Shown: in pieces, positions 11,721 to 23,919 of the stretch
Position numbering within the stretch: the first letter of the stretch is position 1
Layout of the letters: each line of letters begins with the position of its first letter
Source: Basidiobolus meristosporus CBS 931.73
Lineage: Eukaryota > Fungi > Basidiobolomycota
Reading direction: 5' to 3'
Length of the DNA: 64,000 bases
Assembly: GCA_002104905.1 (NCBI GenBank)
Contig: MCFE01000168.1
Coordinates: 1 to 64,000 of the forward strand
Made by a program: the position numbers and the translations under genes
The notes under the pieces: generated by a model
Database searches by the model: none
Told to the model about the DNA's origin: nothing
The model's input: the letters and a program-made list of their open reading frames with translations, nothing else

Positions 11721-12386
11721 ATGAACTGGTATAGCCTAGCAAGAAGTAGAGCATCTTCCGTAGGCTTCACCAACCTTCCTTTTGCTGCAAGCACGCCGAG
11801 TAAATTGGTGGTCGTTCGCTGCTATACGGGGAAAGGTAGAAGGCGTTTGGTAGAGTGGACTCCTGAAGAGGATGCCAAGCTACTAGCCGGTATTCGAGAG
11901 CACGGCACCCAGTGGACAAAACTTGCGCAAGAATTTCCAAACAGAGGTCGTTTAGCTATTCGGTATCGTTATGTTTTCAATCTTAGGCCGGAGCTCAATG
12001 CACCCCCACCCGTAGCTACTCCCAGTCTCGCTATTGTCGACAAGGATGCACCTTTTCTGTGGACATCAGAAAGAGATGAGCTTCTTAAAGATCTGGTGAT
12101 TCGACATGGTCATCGCTGGCGTATGATTCAACGACTTGGGTTCCAAGGCCTAACGACTGGCAAGATACGTTATAGATACTCCTTGCTCTCGAATCCCGAC
12201 AAGGCGAAGGAGGTTTGGAATTTTGACCAAGACAAAGTACTTGTGGAAGCAATCAGGAAGCATGGATTTAATGCTTGGGACAAAGTAGCTAGTCAGCTAG
12301 CAACAAAGACTGACCAGGACTGTCGCACACGGTGGAGCGAATTGAAGAAGGAGGCGATCGCTTGGGAAAAGAAAGCACAAAAATAA
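11721..12386 (+). CDS. Intronless three-repeat Myb/SANT protein with N-terminal presequence-like extension
   Basis: Repeats WTPEEDAKLL..HGTQW..IRYRY, WTSERDELL..HGHRW..IRYRY, WNFDQDKVL..HGFNAW..CRTRW. Confidence 0.88.
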   Translation: MNWYSLARSRASSVGFTNLPFAASTPSKLVVVRCYTGKGRRRLVEWTPEEDAKLLAGIREHGTQWTKLAQEFPNRGRLAIRYRYVFNLRPELNAPPPVATPSLAIVDKDAPFLWTSERDELLKDLVIRHGHRWRMIQRLGFQGLTTGKIRYRYSLLSNPDKAKEVWNFDQDKVLVEAIRKHGFNAWDKVASQLATKTDQDCRTRWSELKKEAIAWEKKAQK

Positions 12387-12813
12387 TCTCAGTGGATCAC
12401 GCCAATTATTAGGGAGAAACCAATTGATAGAGAATATGCCGAAAAGGAGACCTTCAAGTTGCGAGGAATATATCAACGAAAAAGGAGACAATAAAGCAAT
12501 GAGGCTTGGTAGAAACAATGTCTTATAACTTCATATCCGTTTCTCGATCGTTGAACCACCACTGATGGATGCAATATTAGAGCAGCTCTGTTGATTTGGT
12601 AGTTTGGAACTATTAAACGAATCTCTTGGTTCCTGCATTGATTGGAGATAAGCTTGAATTGGGAGGGCAGTGCACCCTTGGTCGCAATAGACGATGCAAG
12701 GTTCCTTAGACTTCTGGATGTGTGTAGTGCATTCTCGTGGCAACCAGGACACTATATAGACCGCTAACCATCCACCGACGAACATCAGCTTTCTGGCAAA
12801 GTGACTACATATC

Positions 12814-13536
12814 ATGTATTTTAGTGTTATCATTGCTCTCTATCTTTCCGGCCTTGCTGTGCAAGCCTTACCGCTCAACATCAGATCCTCCGATATCGAT
12901 GCAGTGGCTGGATCAGGCATCAACCGTCGAAGCAGCTATTCGTATGTCCCAAACTACTCGCAAGGGAATAGCCAGTACCAGAATCAAAATCAAAGCCAAA
13001 ACCAGACCCAGAAGAAGCAAGGCAAACAATCTGATGGTCAAACAACTAACAGCAATAACAATGATGGATATGACACGAAGGGGACTTCCAACAGCAGCAG
13101 TAATAATGGATATGGTACGAAGGGGACTTCCAACTCCAAAGGTAAGAGCGACATTGGAAAGAGCCAAGGGTACAGCAATGCGGATGGAGGCCTAGAATTT
13201 CTATTTAAGAATGGGCAATGTACCGACTGGGCTGATGCACGCTATGCCCAACTCACCGGACACCACGTTGAGTGGAGAAGCGATGCCAAAAATTGGGCCA
13301 ACGATGCAAGATCAAATGGGTGGACTGTATCAAGCAAGCCTCAATCACCCTGTATTATAGTTTTACAACCTGGATCCCAAGGAATTGGTGCATCTGGTCA
13401 CGTGGCCGTGGTCGAGAGCATCAACTCGGATGGCAGCGTGTACACCAGCAACTACAACTTCAACGGCGGGCCCTATATCAAAGCGTACACGACCTTTAAG
13501 AGCGGCAACGGAGTTGATTATATTTGGCGCAATTAG
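12814..13536 (+). CDS. Secreted CHAP-domain protein, copy 2
   Basis: Intronless. Signal peptide, dibasic NRR site, Q/N/S/G linker. The CHAP domain is about 70% identical to copy 1 (82/117 by hand alignment). Confidence 0.9.
   Translation: MYFSVIIALYLSGLAVQALPLNIRSSDIDAVAGSGINRRSSYSYVPNYSQGNSQYQNQNQSQNQTQKKQGKQSDGQTTNSNNNDGYDTKGTSNSSSNNGYGTKGTSNSKGKSDIGKSQGYSNADGGLEFLFKNGQCTDWADARYAQLTGHHVEWRSDAKNWANDARSNGWTVSSKPQSPCIIVLQPGSQGIGASGHVAVVESINSDGSVYTSNYNFNGGPYIKAYTTFKSGNGVDYIWRN
13064..13134 (+). repeat. 42-bp (14-aa) direct repeat x2 in the CHAP2 linker
   Basis: atggatatgacacgaaggggacttccaac at 13064 and atggatatggtacgaaggggacttccaac at 13106 (GYDTKGTSN / GYGTKGTSN). Confidence 0.85.
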
Positions 13537-14540
13537 GAAATAAACCAGAGTTATCTATCATTGCAGTACCATTACAGTACCATTGCAGTTCTATTTAGAA
13601 CTGTCACTAGCATTAAGGTTAGGGGAAGGGGAAGGGCTAAGATTGGGCGCCAATATATACTATCTAGGAGGTCCAAGATTGGCCATCATTTAACACATTG
13701 TCGGTGTTACGAAAGTCTAGAGTGAGCAGCAACCAATTTGCCCAGGAGATTTGTTCACCAGCACTGTAACACAAGAACGCGAAACTGAATTAAACACCGT
13801 CTTTTTCTCTTTCAAGATTAGATGGCGCATTCCAACTGTATTCGATAAGTTTGGACATATTGTGAAAGTCTCGCCAATGGGCACTAGTCTCATCCCCCTC
13901 TCTCTCTTGAGTGAATTCTGAGTAGTTGCGTTTCAAGCAAACTTGTCGCGGTCTGGAATATTCCAGCTCAACTTGGACTCGGGTGGATTTCAACCATCAA
14001 CCTGATTTCTAAACAAACATGATGAGTTTAGTTACACGGTGAATCCACCCTTCTCAAGCATAATTAATACAGTCCCGTATTCCAACAATATCCTCAGATC
14101 GACAACTTGGGAATGACAAATTTAATAAAGTAGATGAACAATATTTCGTCGAGTGGAATGCATCGTTTGTATTCTAGGCTTGCGCATCCAAAGTTAAGAG
14201 CATTTGAGGCTCATTCAGCGTCTCACGCCGATGAAATACAAGACCGGATTCAAACACAGGACCTCGTGCTCTGGTTTCTGAGTTCTTCTCTCCTCTTCCA
14301 CAACTCGGCTTTCACACTAGGCCAAAGGAGAATATCAATAAACCGTAGGCACGCATTCAAAATTGAATTACTTGAAATCAAGTGGGACGATTTCTGAGCG
14401 TAAGCGAATAATGTTCTACAAAGTGTAGATGTGATATAGCTCTTCAATACAATGATAGACCACTATATGAAAGTACCAGAATAATGTCTCGTGGACAGAG
14501 GACTGCCTCGGCATTCAACTTAAATCACATGCAACTTCGA

Positions 14541-14548
14541 TATAAATA
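14541..14548 (+). promoter_or_regulatory. TATA box (TATAAATA) upstream of the small ORF at 14610
   Basis: Consensus TATA 62 bp upstream of the ATG. Confidence 0.5.
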
Positions 14549-14609
14549 GGCCTGTTCAGCAGCAGTCCCCCATCATACATCGCAACTAATCTATAACACT
14601 ACTCATCCC

Positions 14610-14876
14610 ATGGCAATGGCACATTTTCCAATCGAACCACACAAAAAAGCCAAAGACAGCATGCCACTAAAATCCCATCGCTCTGCCAATTACATCACTG
14701 CAGTGAACGCTCAAGCTACTCTGGTTCCTAAAGATTCCTGGAATCCATTCTCGGTGGCCGACATATTACGAAGTCCTCCATCTCGTCGCAAATCCTGTGA
14801 TTTCATAGTATCTGATTATATCTCCTTTCCCCATCATTATGAGGATGAGGAGGAATATCAGACACTAACTGCATAA
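14610..14876 (+). CDS. 88-aa hypothetical protein
   Basis: ATG ORF behind a TATA box in an otherwise gene-poor 3 kb; protein-like end RSPPSRRKS...DYISFPHHYEDEEEY. Confidence 0.5.
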   Translation: MAMAHFPIEPHKKAKDSMPLKSHRSANYITAVNAQATLVPKDSWNPFSVADILRSPPSRRKSCDFIVSDYISFPHHYEDEEEYQTLTA

Positions 14877-16603
14877 CCTTGCATTTGTCCACTACCGAAC
14901 CTAACTGACCTTGTCCACATAATCTACATTGTATTATATCAAGCATTCATTTAACGGCCGTGAATTTAGCATATGACATTGACATACACTTTGTCAGTTG
15001 GCAGTATAATCCTAACCACCACCACTATTACTTGGGCAGCACGCATAGAAAAATAACACTAGTAGCAGCACCATCACTATCTATCTATCACACACTGGCT
15101 ATCATCACATAATATAGAATCATTCACGGCTCAACACCGCTGCGAAGAAATCAGTCTTTTGACAAGCATGCTTTCTTTGCTGATAACCACATTACCCAAT
15201 ATAAACGTAATCCCACCTCTGAGTCACTGCTTATATCTTTACTTTAACGGAAGCTAGAGAACACCAATTACAGTGCAACACTGAGAACATCCATGAGGAG
15301 TTCCAGACATCTCGTCCAGTAGTATGCGATTCAAGTTCAACACAGTATGGCTTGAATGCATGATTGTGTGGAGATTATCTAAAAATGGAATATCGACATA
15401 TCATGAGGTAGCTCCAAGTGCGGCACCAACTCCATTCTATTCAGTGGAGTAGTTCGAAACAAGATTCGTCCATCGACCAATATCCTGAAGTACCATGGCA
15501 CATCACCTGACCAAGCGAGCCCTAGCCCTTATTGCTGATCAGCCCGAAAACACCCTACACTAAACCATATATGGGATCAGCTTCAAATAGGATATTTTAG
15601 ATCCAAAGTTCAAAGTGTAATTATGTGCAAATAGCTATCTACAGACACGAGCTCATCGTATAGGAGAAACTCGGATAATAATTCCCCAGAAGAGAAATCA
15701 GAAGTGAGGGGCTAGAAAAGGAAATATTAGCAGTTTAATCTTCGCATCATTATATTTCGTAAGAACATTCCTACATCCCTACACTTGAACCGATCCCAAA
15801 CGGAAACATCAGACAAATGAAGAAAATCCAACCAAACACCATATTTTCAAACCAATAGCCTACGACGCGCTGGTGTTCATTTGATTTGTATCGAGATTAT
15901 CAATTTGTCCCCCAAACCAAATTGGCTGCCAACAGAAGTAGCCCCAGAATTGCGCACATTTTCTTGGCCAATCGAGTTTTTTTGGAGCACAAGCTTACTT
16001 TTGTATCTCCCTCAAAGCAAGGTCAACTTAGGGTGAACAACTTGAAGTGCACCTGGTATTCATCTCGTCAAGTATGGAGGATATTGGTCACTCACAAGCC
16101 ACACCACACCGGTACACATCCACCTCAATTCATGAATCTGCACTGGCAAATAGTTGTGCCTGTATGAGGTCCTTCGATTCCCATATTTAAGTGAATCCAG
16201 AGTATTTCCTGCTGTGTTTCCATATCGAATATGTCCCAAAAAATCCGCCATAATAGCAGGACCATTGCCGTATATGGAAGGGGGATTTGACACCGGTCGG
16301 GTATCATGAAGATAGCCCAGGAGATTGACTCTAAATTCTTTTCGGTAAATACCCACGTAAAAGGTTTCAAGCGAGCTGGACGCCGTATAAAAGATCGCGA
16401 GCGCAGACGAGATTTGTCCATTCCTTACAAATCGAATTATTCCTTATCTTCCAGTTTCCCCAATCTAATTCAATCGCACTAGTACAGTGGATTTCTTTTT
16501 CATTCCCTTGAAATTGAGGAGCTTCTCTGTATACATTTTACCCTGTGCTGATAACCTCCTTGAACTAATCGAAAAATATTAACCCCGTGTTAACTCCCTC
16601 ATA

Positions 16604-17796
16604 ATGGCCACCAGTCAAACACCCCACATTCGAATTGTCCCTCACATCGTGGACATCAACAAGTCCTTGTATTTCCCGATTATCGAGTCCGATGTTCCCG
16701 AAGGGACCGTGCTGAAAGTCGGCAGGTTTACCGAGAAATCGCAATCTCCTCTGAGAATAGCTTTCAAGAGTAAAGTCGTCAGTAGAGGCCATGCTGAGCT
16801 TTGGTCTGAGAAGGGCGAGGTATGTTTTTCATGGTTCGGTAGACCAAAGGCGCTTTGCTAAATGTTACATCTGTCTAGTTTTTTATCCGTGATATTAAGT
16901 CCTCTTCCGGTACTTTCTTGAACAATTCTCGTTTAAGCCCGCCTGGTTGCGAGAGTAAGCCATATTCGCTGAAAGATGGGGATATCGTCCAACTGGGCGT
17001 CGATTATCAGGGCGGTCATGAGGAAGCGTATCGTTGTGTCCGTATGAAGGTTGAATTCAACCATCATGGTAAAATGAAGATGTCCAAGGAGTATAGGTAA
17101 CGTTTGTCTGGAGATTATTGTCAGATATTAGCAATGGAAAACTCATGGTTTCCCAATAGAGAAAACGCTTTAAAAACTCTCAGAACACTCACAGAGGGTA
17201 ACGAAGAGTGCAAGAAGGAGGAGTGCTGTATCTGCTTATATCCTATTGCCCAGCTCCAAGCCTTGTTCGTGGCTCCTTGTTCGCACGCTTTTCACTTCAA
17301 GTGTGTGCGCTCTATGATCGCAACCAAGCCAGGGTTTCTTTGTCCACTATGCCGCCACTTTGCGGACCTGGATGCTGATGTAACCATCGAAGACCCTTTC
17401 CCATTGCCGAAATCTTGCGAACAGGAAATGGCACTGTCCAAGACATTCAGGGCAGAGGAATCCAGCGGATTGGCTGCCATGAGTAGCATTTCCATGAATG
17501 ACGAAAGTGATTCCTCAGATGCTGGTTCTTATAATATCGGCATTGGCAGCTCAACACGACCACTTGCTATCAATACCACCAGAGTGGACACAGCCAATGA
17601 GGCATACCTACTGGATTCGTCAGAAGAGGAGGATCAAGTAATGCCCTTGTCTTCCACGCCCACATCATCGTTGAGCCAAGCTTCACCCAGACCCATTGGG
17701 TTGGTACGAAGAATGTCTAGTAGCAAGAGTGAGACAGTCAAGAGCGCATTAACCTCTCTTTTCCGCAGCCGAAAATCATCAGTCAGCCAGAATTAG
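16604..17796 (+). CDS. DMA1: FHA + RING-H2 E3 ubiquitin ligase, Dma1/Chf-like (3 exons)
   Basis: FHA: GRFTE..FKSKVVSRGHAE|FFIRDIKSSSGTFLN..DIVQLGVDYQGG. RING: CCICL..PCSHAFHFKC..CPLCR. Confidence 0.93.
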
Positions 17797-18726
17797 CATG
17801 CGCGTCGGTGGCTCTGCCCCCACGCATGTTCAAGTTTGTATTTTTCCCTCCTCATCATCGCATATCCCCTCCATTCAACCCAATATCAAGATCTTTTTGG
17901 ATGTAACAAAAAGCGCGTACTTCCTTATTTAAGGCTATTGGCGAGCCTTTCCCGCCGATAGACTCCGTCCCTATGCTATCCTTCAACCACTTCGTTTCCT
18001 GAATTCCAAGGAAATTTTGTAAAGCACATACTCCACGCACTCCGTTCACCTCAGACAATGCCAAAATTCGCGTACAGCTTCTCTCAGAGCCCGCCAACCC
18101 CGGGCCCAGATTCAGCCATTTGTTATATATGTCTTAGCTGCTTGCCCACAATAAAACGTAAATATACATCATCCTGCCAGATTGCATTTCCAATAAGGTC
18201 TAACCACCAGGGTATAACAATGGGCCCAGTCTGGGATCTGGACACTCCGGATATGCGGATAATAAAATAATCGGTACATGTGCCAGCTGATAGCCATATG
18301 TGGACTCCATTATCAGTGGATCACGCATACCTCATAGCTTATATCTCTTACAGCAAAATTGATATTCCAGCTATCAAGATCTGTAATTGTTATACGTTTT
18401 GCCTTGCGAATCCACGGTTGCTTCATCAGTCAAACCAATCGATCTAGTATTTCCCCGGAGATCATGGACAATTCGGCTGGTGGTGATTTCAAGGACATCA
18501 AGTCTGGTAACTGCATAGCCAAGAATAGAAATACATGGTCATAGCTGACTAGCAAATCCATCTACAGTTGGCCCTATGAGGTATACGATAATGGGATTTA
18601 TTCAATTCAAATGGAAAGCGAAATGGTACAGCCGGTGCGCGAGTGTATAACGTAAAGATATGGGGATGTATGAAAATTATGCGCTAATAGGAGGTCATGG
18701 TGATTTCACCTTTTGGTTAATCGAAA

Positions 18727-19977
18727 TTAGTTGTTTTCGGGTCGGAGGCTGCGAACAGTCTTGCCGGCACGCCACATTTCGCTTTCGCGAATCTCTTCGA
18801 GCTCCTTCTCGAGATCCTCACGGTAGTTGGATTTGGAGTTCTTGTCCAAGGAGCGACGGGTTTCGCTTCCGTCGGCAACTGAATCGTACAACTTCTCGAA
18901 TACAGGCTTGGTGGCGGTGTAGAACGGCTTCCACCAGTCGAGAGCACCACGTTGAGCGGTGGTTGAGCAGTTGGAGTACATCCAGTCCATACCCTTCTCA
19001 CCAATCAATGGATAGAGTGACTGAGTTGCTTCCTCGACAGTTTCATTGAAAGCTTCGGATGGAGAGTGACCGTGAGCACGCAAAACTTCATATTGGGCCT
19101 GGAAAGCACCTTGGATAGCACCCATTAAGATGCCACGCTCGCCAGTCAAATCGGAGTATACTTCCTTTTCGAAGGTGGTTTCATACAAGTATCCTGAGCC
19201 GATACCTACACCAAGGGCGATGGCTCTTTCTTTGGCATTTCCGGAATAATCTTGGAAAACGGCAAAGGAGGAGTTGATACCGCGACCTTGTTGGAAGAGG
19301 CGACGTACGGTGAATCCGGAGCCTTTAGGGGCCGCAAGGATTACATCGACATCGCTTGGGGGAATCACGCCGGTATCTTCTTTGTACACCACTGAGAAAC
19401 CGTGCGAGAAATAGATCGTCTTTCCTTTTGTAAGGTAGGGCTTAACCACGGGCCACAGTTCTTTTTGGGCAGCATCGGAGAGCAAGTTCATGATAACTGT
19501 GCCCTTATCACAAGCCTCCTCGATGGAAAAGAGATTCTTTCCTGGGACCCAACCCTCTTCAACAGCCTGGTCGTAGGTCTTTCCCTTACGCTGTCCGATA
19601 ATAACGTTGAGACCATTGTCACGCATGTTCAAAGCTTGACCACGGCCCTGAGGTCCATAGCCGAGAACGGTAAGGGTATCGTTGGCGAAGATCTTTTGAA
19701 TTTTCTCTTTGGGATAGTCGGCGCGCTCATAGACTGTTTCATCAACACCACCAAAGTTCAGCGTTTTAATGGTGCGAGATTGAACCTATTCAAGAAATAT
19801 ATTAGCATACTATTCACTGTAGCGGAATGTCTATCCTAGCAGTACCTTGAGGGCAGTAGCTTGGGCAGTAGTTCTGAGAGCAGGGCGCAGAGCGGTAACT
19901 GACATCTGACGAAGAGGCAGACGGGGAGCGAGCTTGGCTCTTGCGAGAGCTCTGAAAGAAGTGCGAGCGGCGTTCAT
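18727..19977 (-). CDS. ILV5: Ketol-acid reductoisomerase, mitochondrial
   Basis: Presequence MNAARTSFRALARAKLAPR, one intron; GYGPQGRGQ ALNMRDNG, APKGSG, SDLTGERGILMG, CSTTAQRGALDW. Confidence 0.97.
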
Positions 19978-20315
19978 GGTAAATGGGGAGTTGTTGGTTG
20001 ACAGGCACAAGTACTGATGGGACAGAGAGTAGAAACTCATTGGTATTTATAATGGCCACAAGCTTCGGCAAACTTGGACGATGGACTGCGTTTTAGGTGT
20101 CCACTCTTTGCGCACATGATATCAAAGTAATATTCAACCCAAAATAAGCCTTGCAAGATCAACTGCTAATTCAGAGAAGAGCCATTGGTTGTCATGGTAC
20201 ACTAAACGGGACAAGTACTGTGGAACATATCCCAGATGTTAGTAGGAAATCTAGGAAAGCGAAGCCCTGTGGTTCGATTATCACCAAAATCATATGTCCG
20301 AAGATGTACAAATTC

Positions 20316-20911
20316 TGAGTCATGCCAATTCATGGATCTCTACATTACAGTTGGCAACGAGGTGAGGTAGGTGTCCTGGTGATTCCGAAAGTATGGCTCA
20401 CTTGGATTCATAACATGTAGGTGCTTGTTCGCACGACAACTGATTTTCTCATCGATGCCTTATCATCCCTCTTGTTACAAGGGCCACTGCCCCAGGTGTA
20501 TATTTTAAAGTACACTCGACTACACTATTGCTATAATTGGTATTGGGGTATCAAGAAGCGAACGTGATTCATTGGGAGTCAGTCCGAATACAGCCAATCA
20601 ACTCTGGTTTTCCACCATATTAAGACTCGAGACAACGTTGAAAACTAGATATGGAAGTTCGTTGCTGTTTGCGTTCACGAGGTTGTACTACCTTAACTTT
20701 GCCCGAAGTCGATCCAATATTGCTATGCAATTCTCTAAAATAAAACAAGCAAAGTCAACAGGTCTGCAGTTACCCATAATTCTAATGGCATTTACCTATG
20801 TGTGTTTCTTTGCTAAATGGTCGACTCGACCAATCATCTGCGCAATCTGAATCTATCATCTATGCTACCAGTTCATGTCGTGCAAAGTATGGACGAACAG
20901 GTGCGAGTCAT
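20316..20911. promoter_or_regulatory. Gcn4/CpcA-type motifs in the ILV5-LEU2 divergent promoter
   Basis: TGAGTCAT at 20316-20323, GAGTCA at 20576-20581, GAGTCAT at 20905-20911, near-match TGATTCAT at 20565-20572. Confidence 0.45.
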
Positions 20912-20975
20912 CATACGTCAGAGCTTAGATTCGTTTAAATTCACTTGGCTTGCATAAGCTCTGCGAACACCTTGA

Positions 20976-22272
<1,297 letters not shown>

Positions 22273-22386
22273 GGAGCCACTCAATTCACCGAACCCAATT
22301 GACCGCAGTCATTGGCTTGTTTATATTTCAAAACCCAGCATTCATGATAATACAAACGGGAGAAATTTATTTACATTGAGAAGAGA

Positions 22387-23919
22387 TTAAATTAGAATAG
22401 TAGGTAGAGACATTTTTTCCAACTGCCGGTGCTGCAACAGTGCTTGCAACCCTGACTCGGTGGTCACCATTTCCGGAGCGTACAGCTGCTTCAATAAAGG
22501 ACAATTCTCCAAAATCACGTTCACCATGTGATCCCCGTCCGCTGGCAAATAGCTAGACAACTCGCCAAATGAGAGGTACTTCAGTTTGTGACAGCAACTC
22601 AACAAGTTGGCCAAATCTACGTTGTCAATGCGAATCAGTTCGATTTGGAAGTGTTGGATGTTCCTGCAGCTTTGAGCAATGGCTTCCACGGTTTCAGTGT
22701 CCAGCACATGCTCATGGATTTCCTCAATGACCAGCTTGCGCAAGGCTGGGCCGCTCTTTTGGACCAGCTTTCGGATGCTTCTACAGGTGATTTGATGCAG
22801 TTTACGTAGAGCGATCTTCGCCAGGGGGCTTCCTTTGACCGCGATGGATTCCACATCTCGGTCCCTAAGGAAGCAATCCACCAGCTCCAATGCCTTCAGG
22901 TTCGGGAAGTCGGCGATTTTCGAGAAGGGAATCTGACCAGAGTCGTTGTTGCATATGCTCAAAGACGTGAAACTTCCGCGGTGGTGCTCCACTAGAGCCT
23001 CTAATGTTTCGTGTAGCGGGTCGCTTACTCCAGAGATCTTGAACTCTCTCAGCGAGTTTGGTTGCTGATTTCTTATCACATTGGCAATGTCCCTATCGAG
23101 TATCTGGATCTGTCGATTCTCGGTGGTGAGGTGTAAGACTTCCAGGTTATGACACGACGAGGCCACGTATTCGAGATGGTTTTCGGGGATCTGGCTCGGT
23201 ATGGCATTGGGCTTCCATATTAGCTTCAGCTCGGTCAAAGAATAGAAAGTCAAGGGTTCCGGGAAAATCTCTTTCAGTGGTACGGTGGCATTCCAAGTCA
23301 AACTGGTGATGCATGGGGCGCACCTGCTCCTGGTGACGCTCCAAAGCTTCAACGCCAGCCTCTGGTCCACCAATGCCTCCTCCGGTGTATACTCGAAGCT
23401 TAGAAACGGGAATGGGTCTGCTTTAACCAAGCGTAGAAAGTCCTGCAACGCTACCAAGTCGAACGTACGGGCCAGACAAAGGTAATCATAGAACGGCCTG
23501 TTGAATGCCGAGTAGTACATGGACTCGAAGGCCTCCACGGCAAGTTGGAGTTCCACCTCATCCAAGATTGGGTTCATCTGGTTGAAAAAGTTCTGTATCA
23601 GAAGATAGAAGCGATCGAGATAACCGACGTGGGAGCATAAGGCGTCGATCGTGGTGACCGCGTCCAATTCTTCCGAGTCAAAAGAATCGTACTCTAGACA
23701 ACTGAGGTAGGTTCGAAGTAACTTGGTGAGGGCCAATTTGCGTGTGCTTTGGGGGATGTTTTTGTGGGCAAGTAATGTCCAAGGATCCCGATACAGATAC
23801 ATAACAGCGGCCTCCGACCACAAATGGTTCACAAAGGTGAGCGCGTGGCAGGTGTCTTTATCGGACTTTAGCCACCCGAAAATCTGTCGCAGACATGGTA
23901 GAGGAAGCTGAACAGACAT
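22387..23919 (-). CDS. F-box / RNI-like leucine-rich-repeat protein (intronless, 510 aa)
   Basis: N-terminal LPLPCLRQIF..VNHLWSEAAVMYLYRDPW F-box-like motif; repeated SCHNLEVLHL / FPNLKALEL / CHKLKYLSF / CPLLKQL. Confidence 0.8.
   Translation of the reverse strand: MSVQLPLPCLRQIFGWLKSDKDTCHALTFVNHLWSEAAVMYLYRDPWTLLAHKNIPQSTRKLALTKLLRTYLSCLEYDSFDSEELDAVTTIDALCSHVGYLDRFYLLIQNFFNQMNPILDEVELQLAVEAFESMYYSAFNRPFYDYLCLARTFDLVALQDFLRLVKADPFPFLSFEYTPEEALVDQRLALKLWSVTRSRCAPCITSLTWNATVPLKEIFPEPLTFYSLTELKLIWKPNAIPSQIPENHLEYVASSCHNLEVLHLTTENRQIQILDRDIANVIRNQQPNSLREFKISGVSDPLHETLEALVEHHRGSFTSLSICNNDSGQIPFSKIADFPNLKALELVDCFLRDRDVESIAVKGSPLAKIALRKLHQITCRSIRKLVQKSGPALRKLVIEEIHEHVLDTETVEAIAQSCRNIQHFQIELIRIDNVDLANLLSCCHKLKYLSFGELSSYLPADGDHMVNVILENCPLLKQLYAPEMVTTESGLQALLQHRQLEKMSLPTILI

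Noticed and set aside
15886-16421. Three overlapping 93-98-aa ORFs upstream of DMA1
   Set aside because: Mutually overlapping, no motifs, located in the likely promoter/5' UTR.
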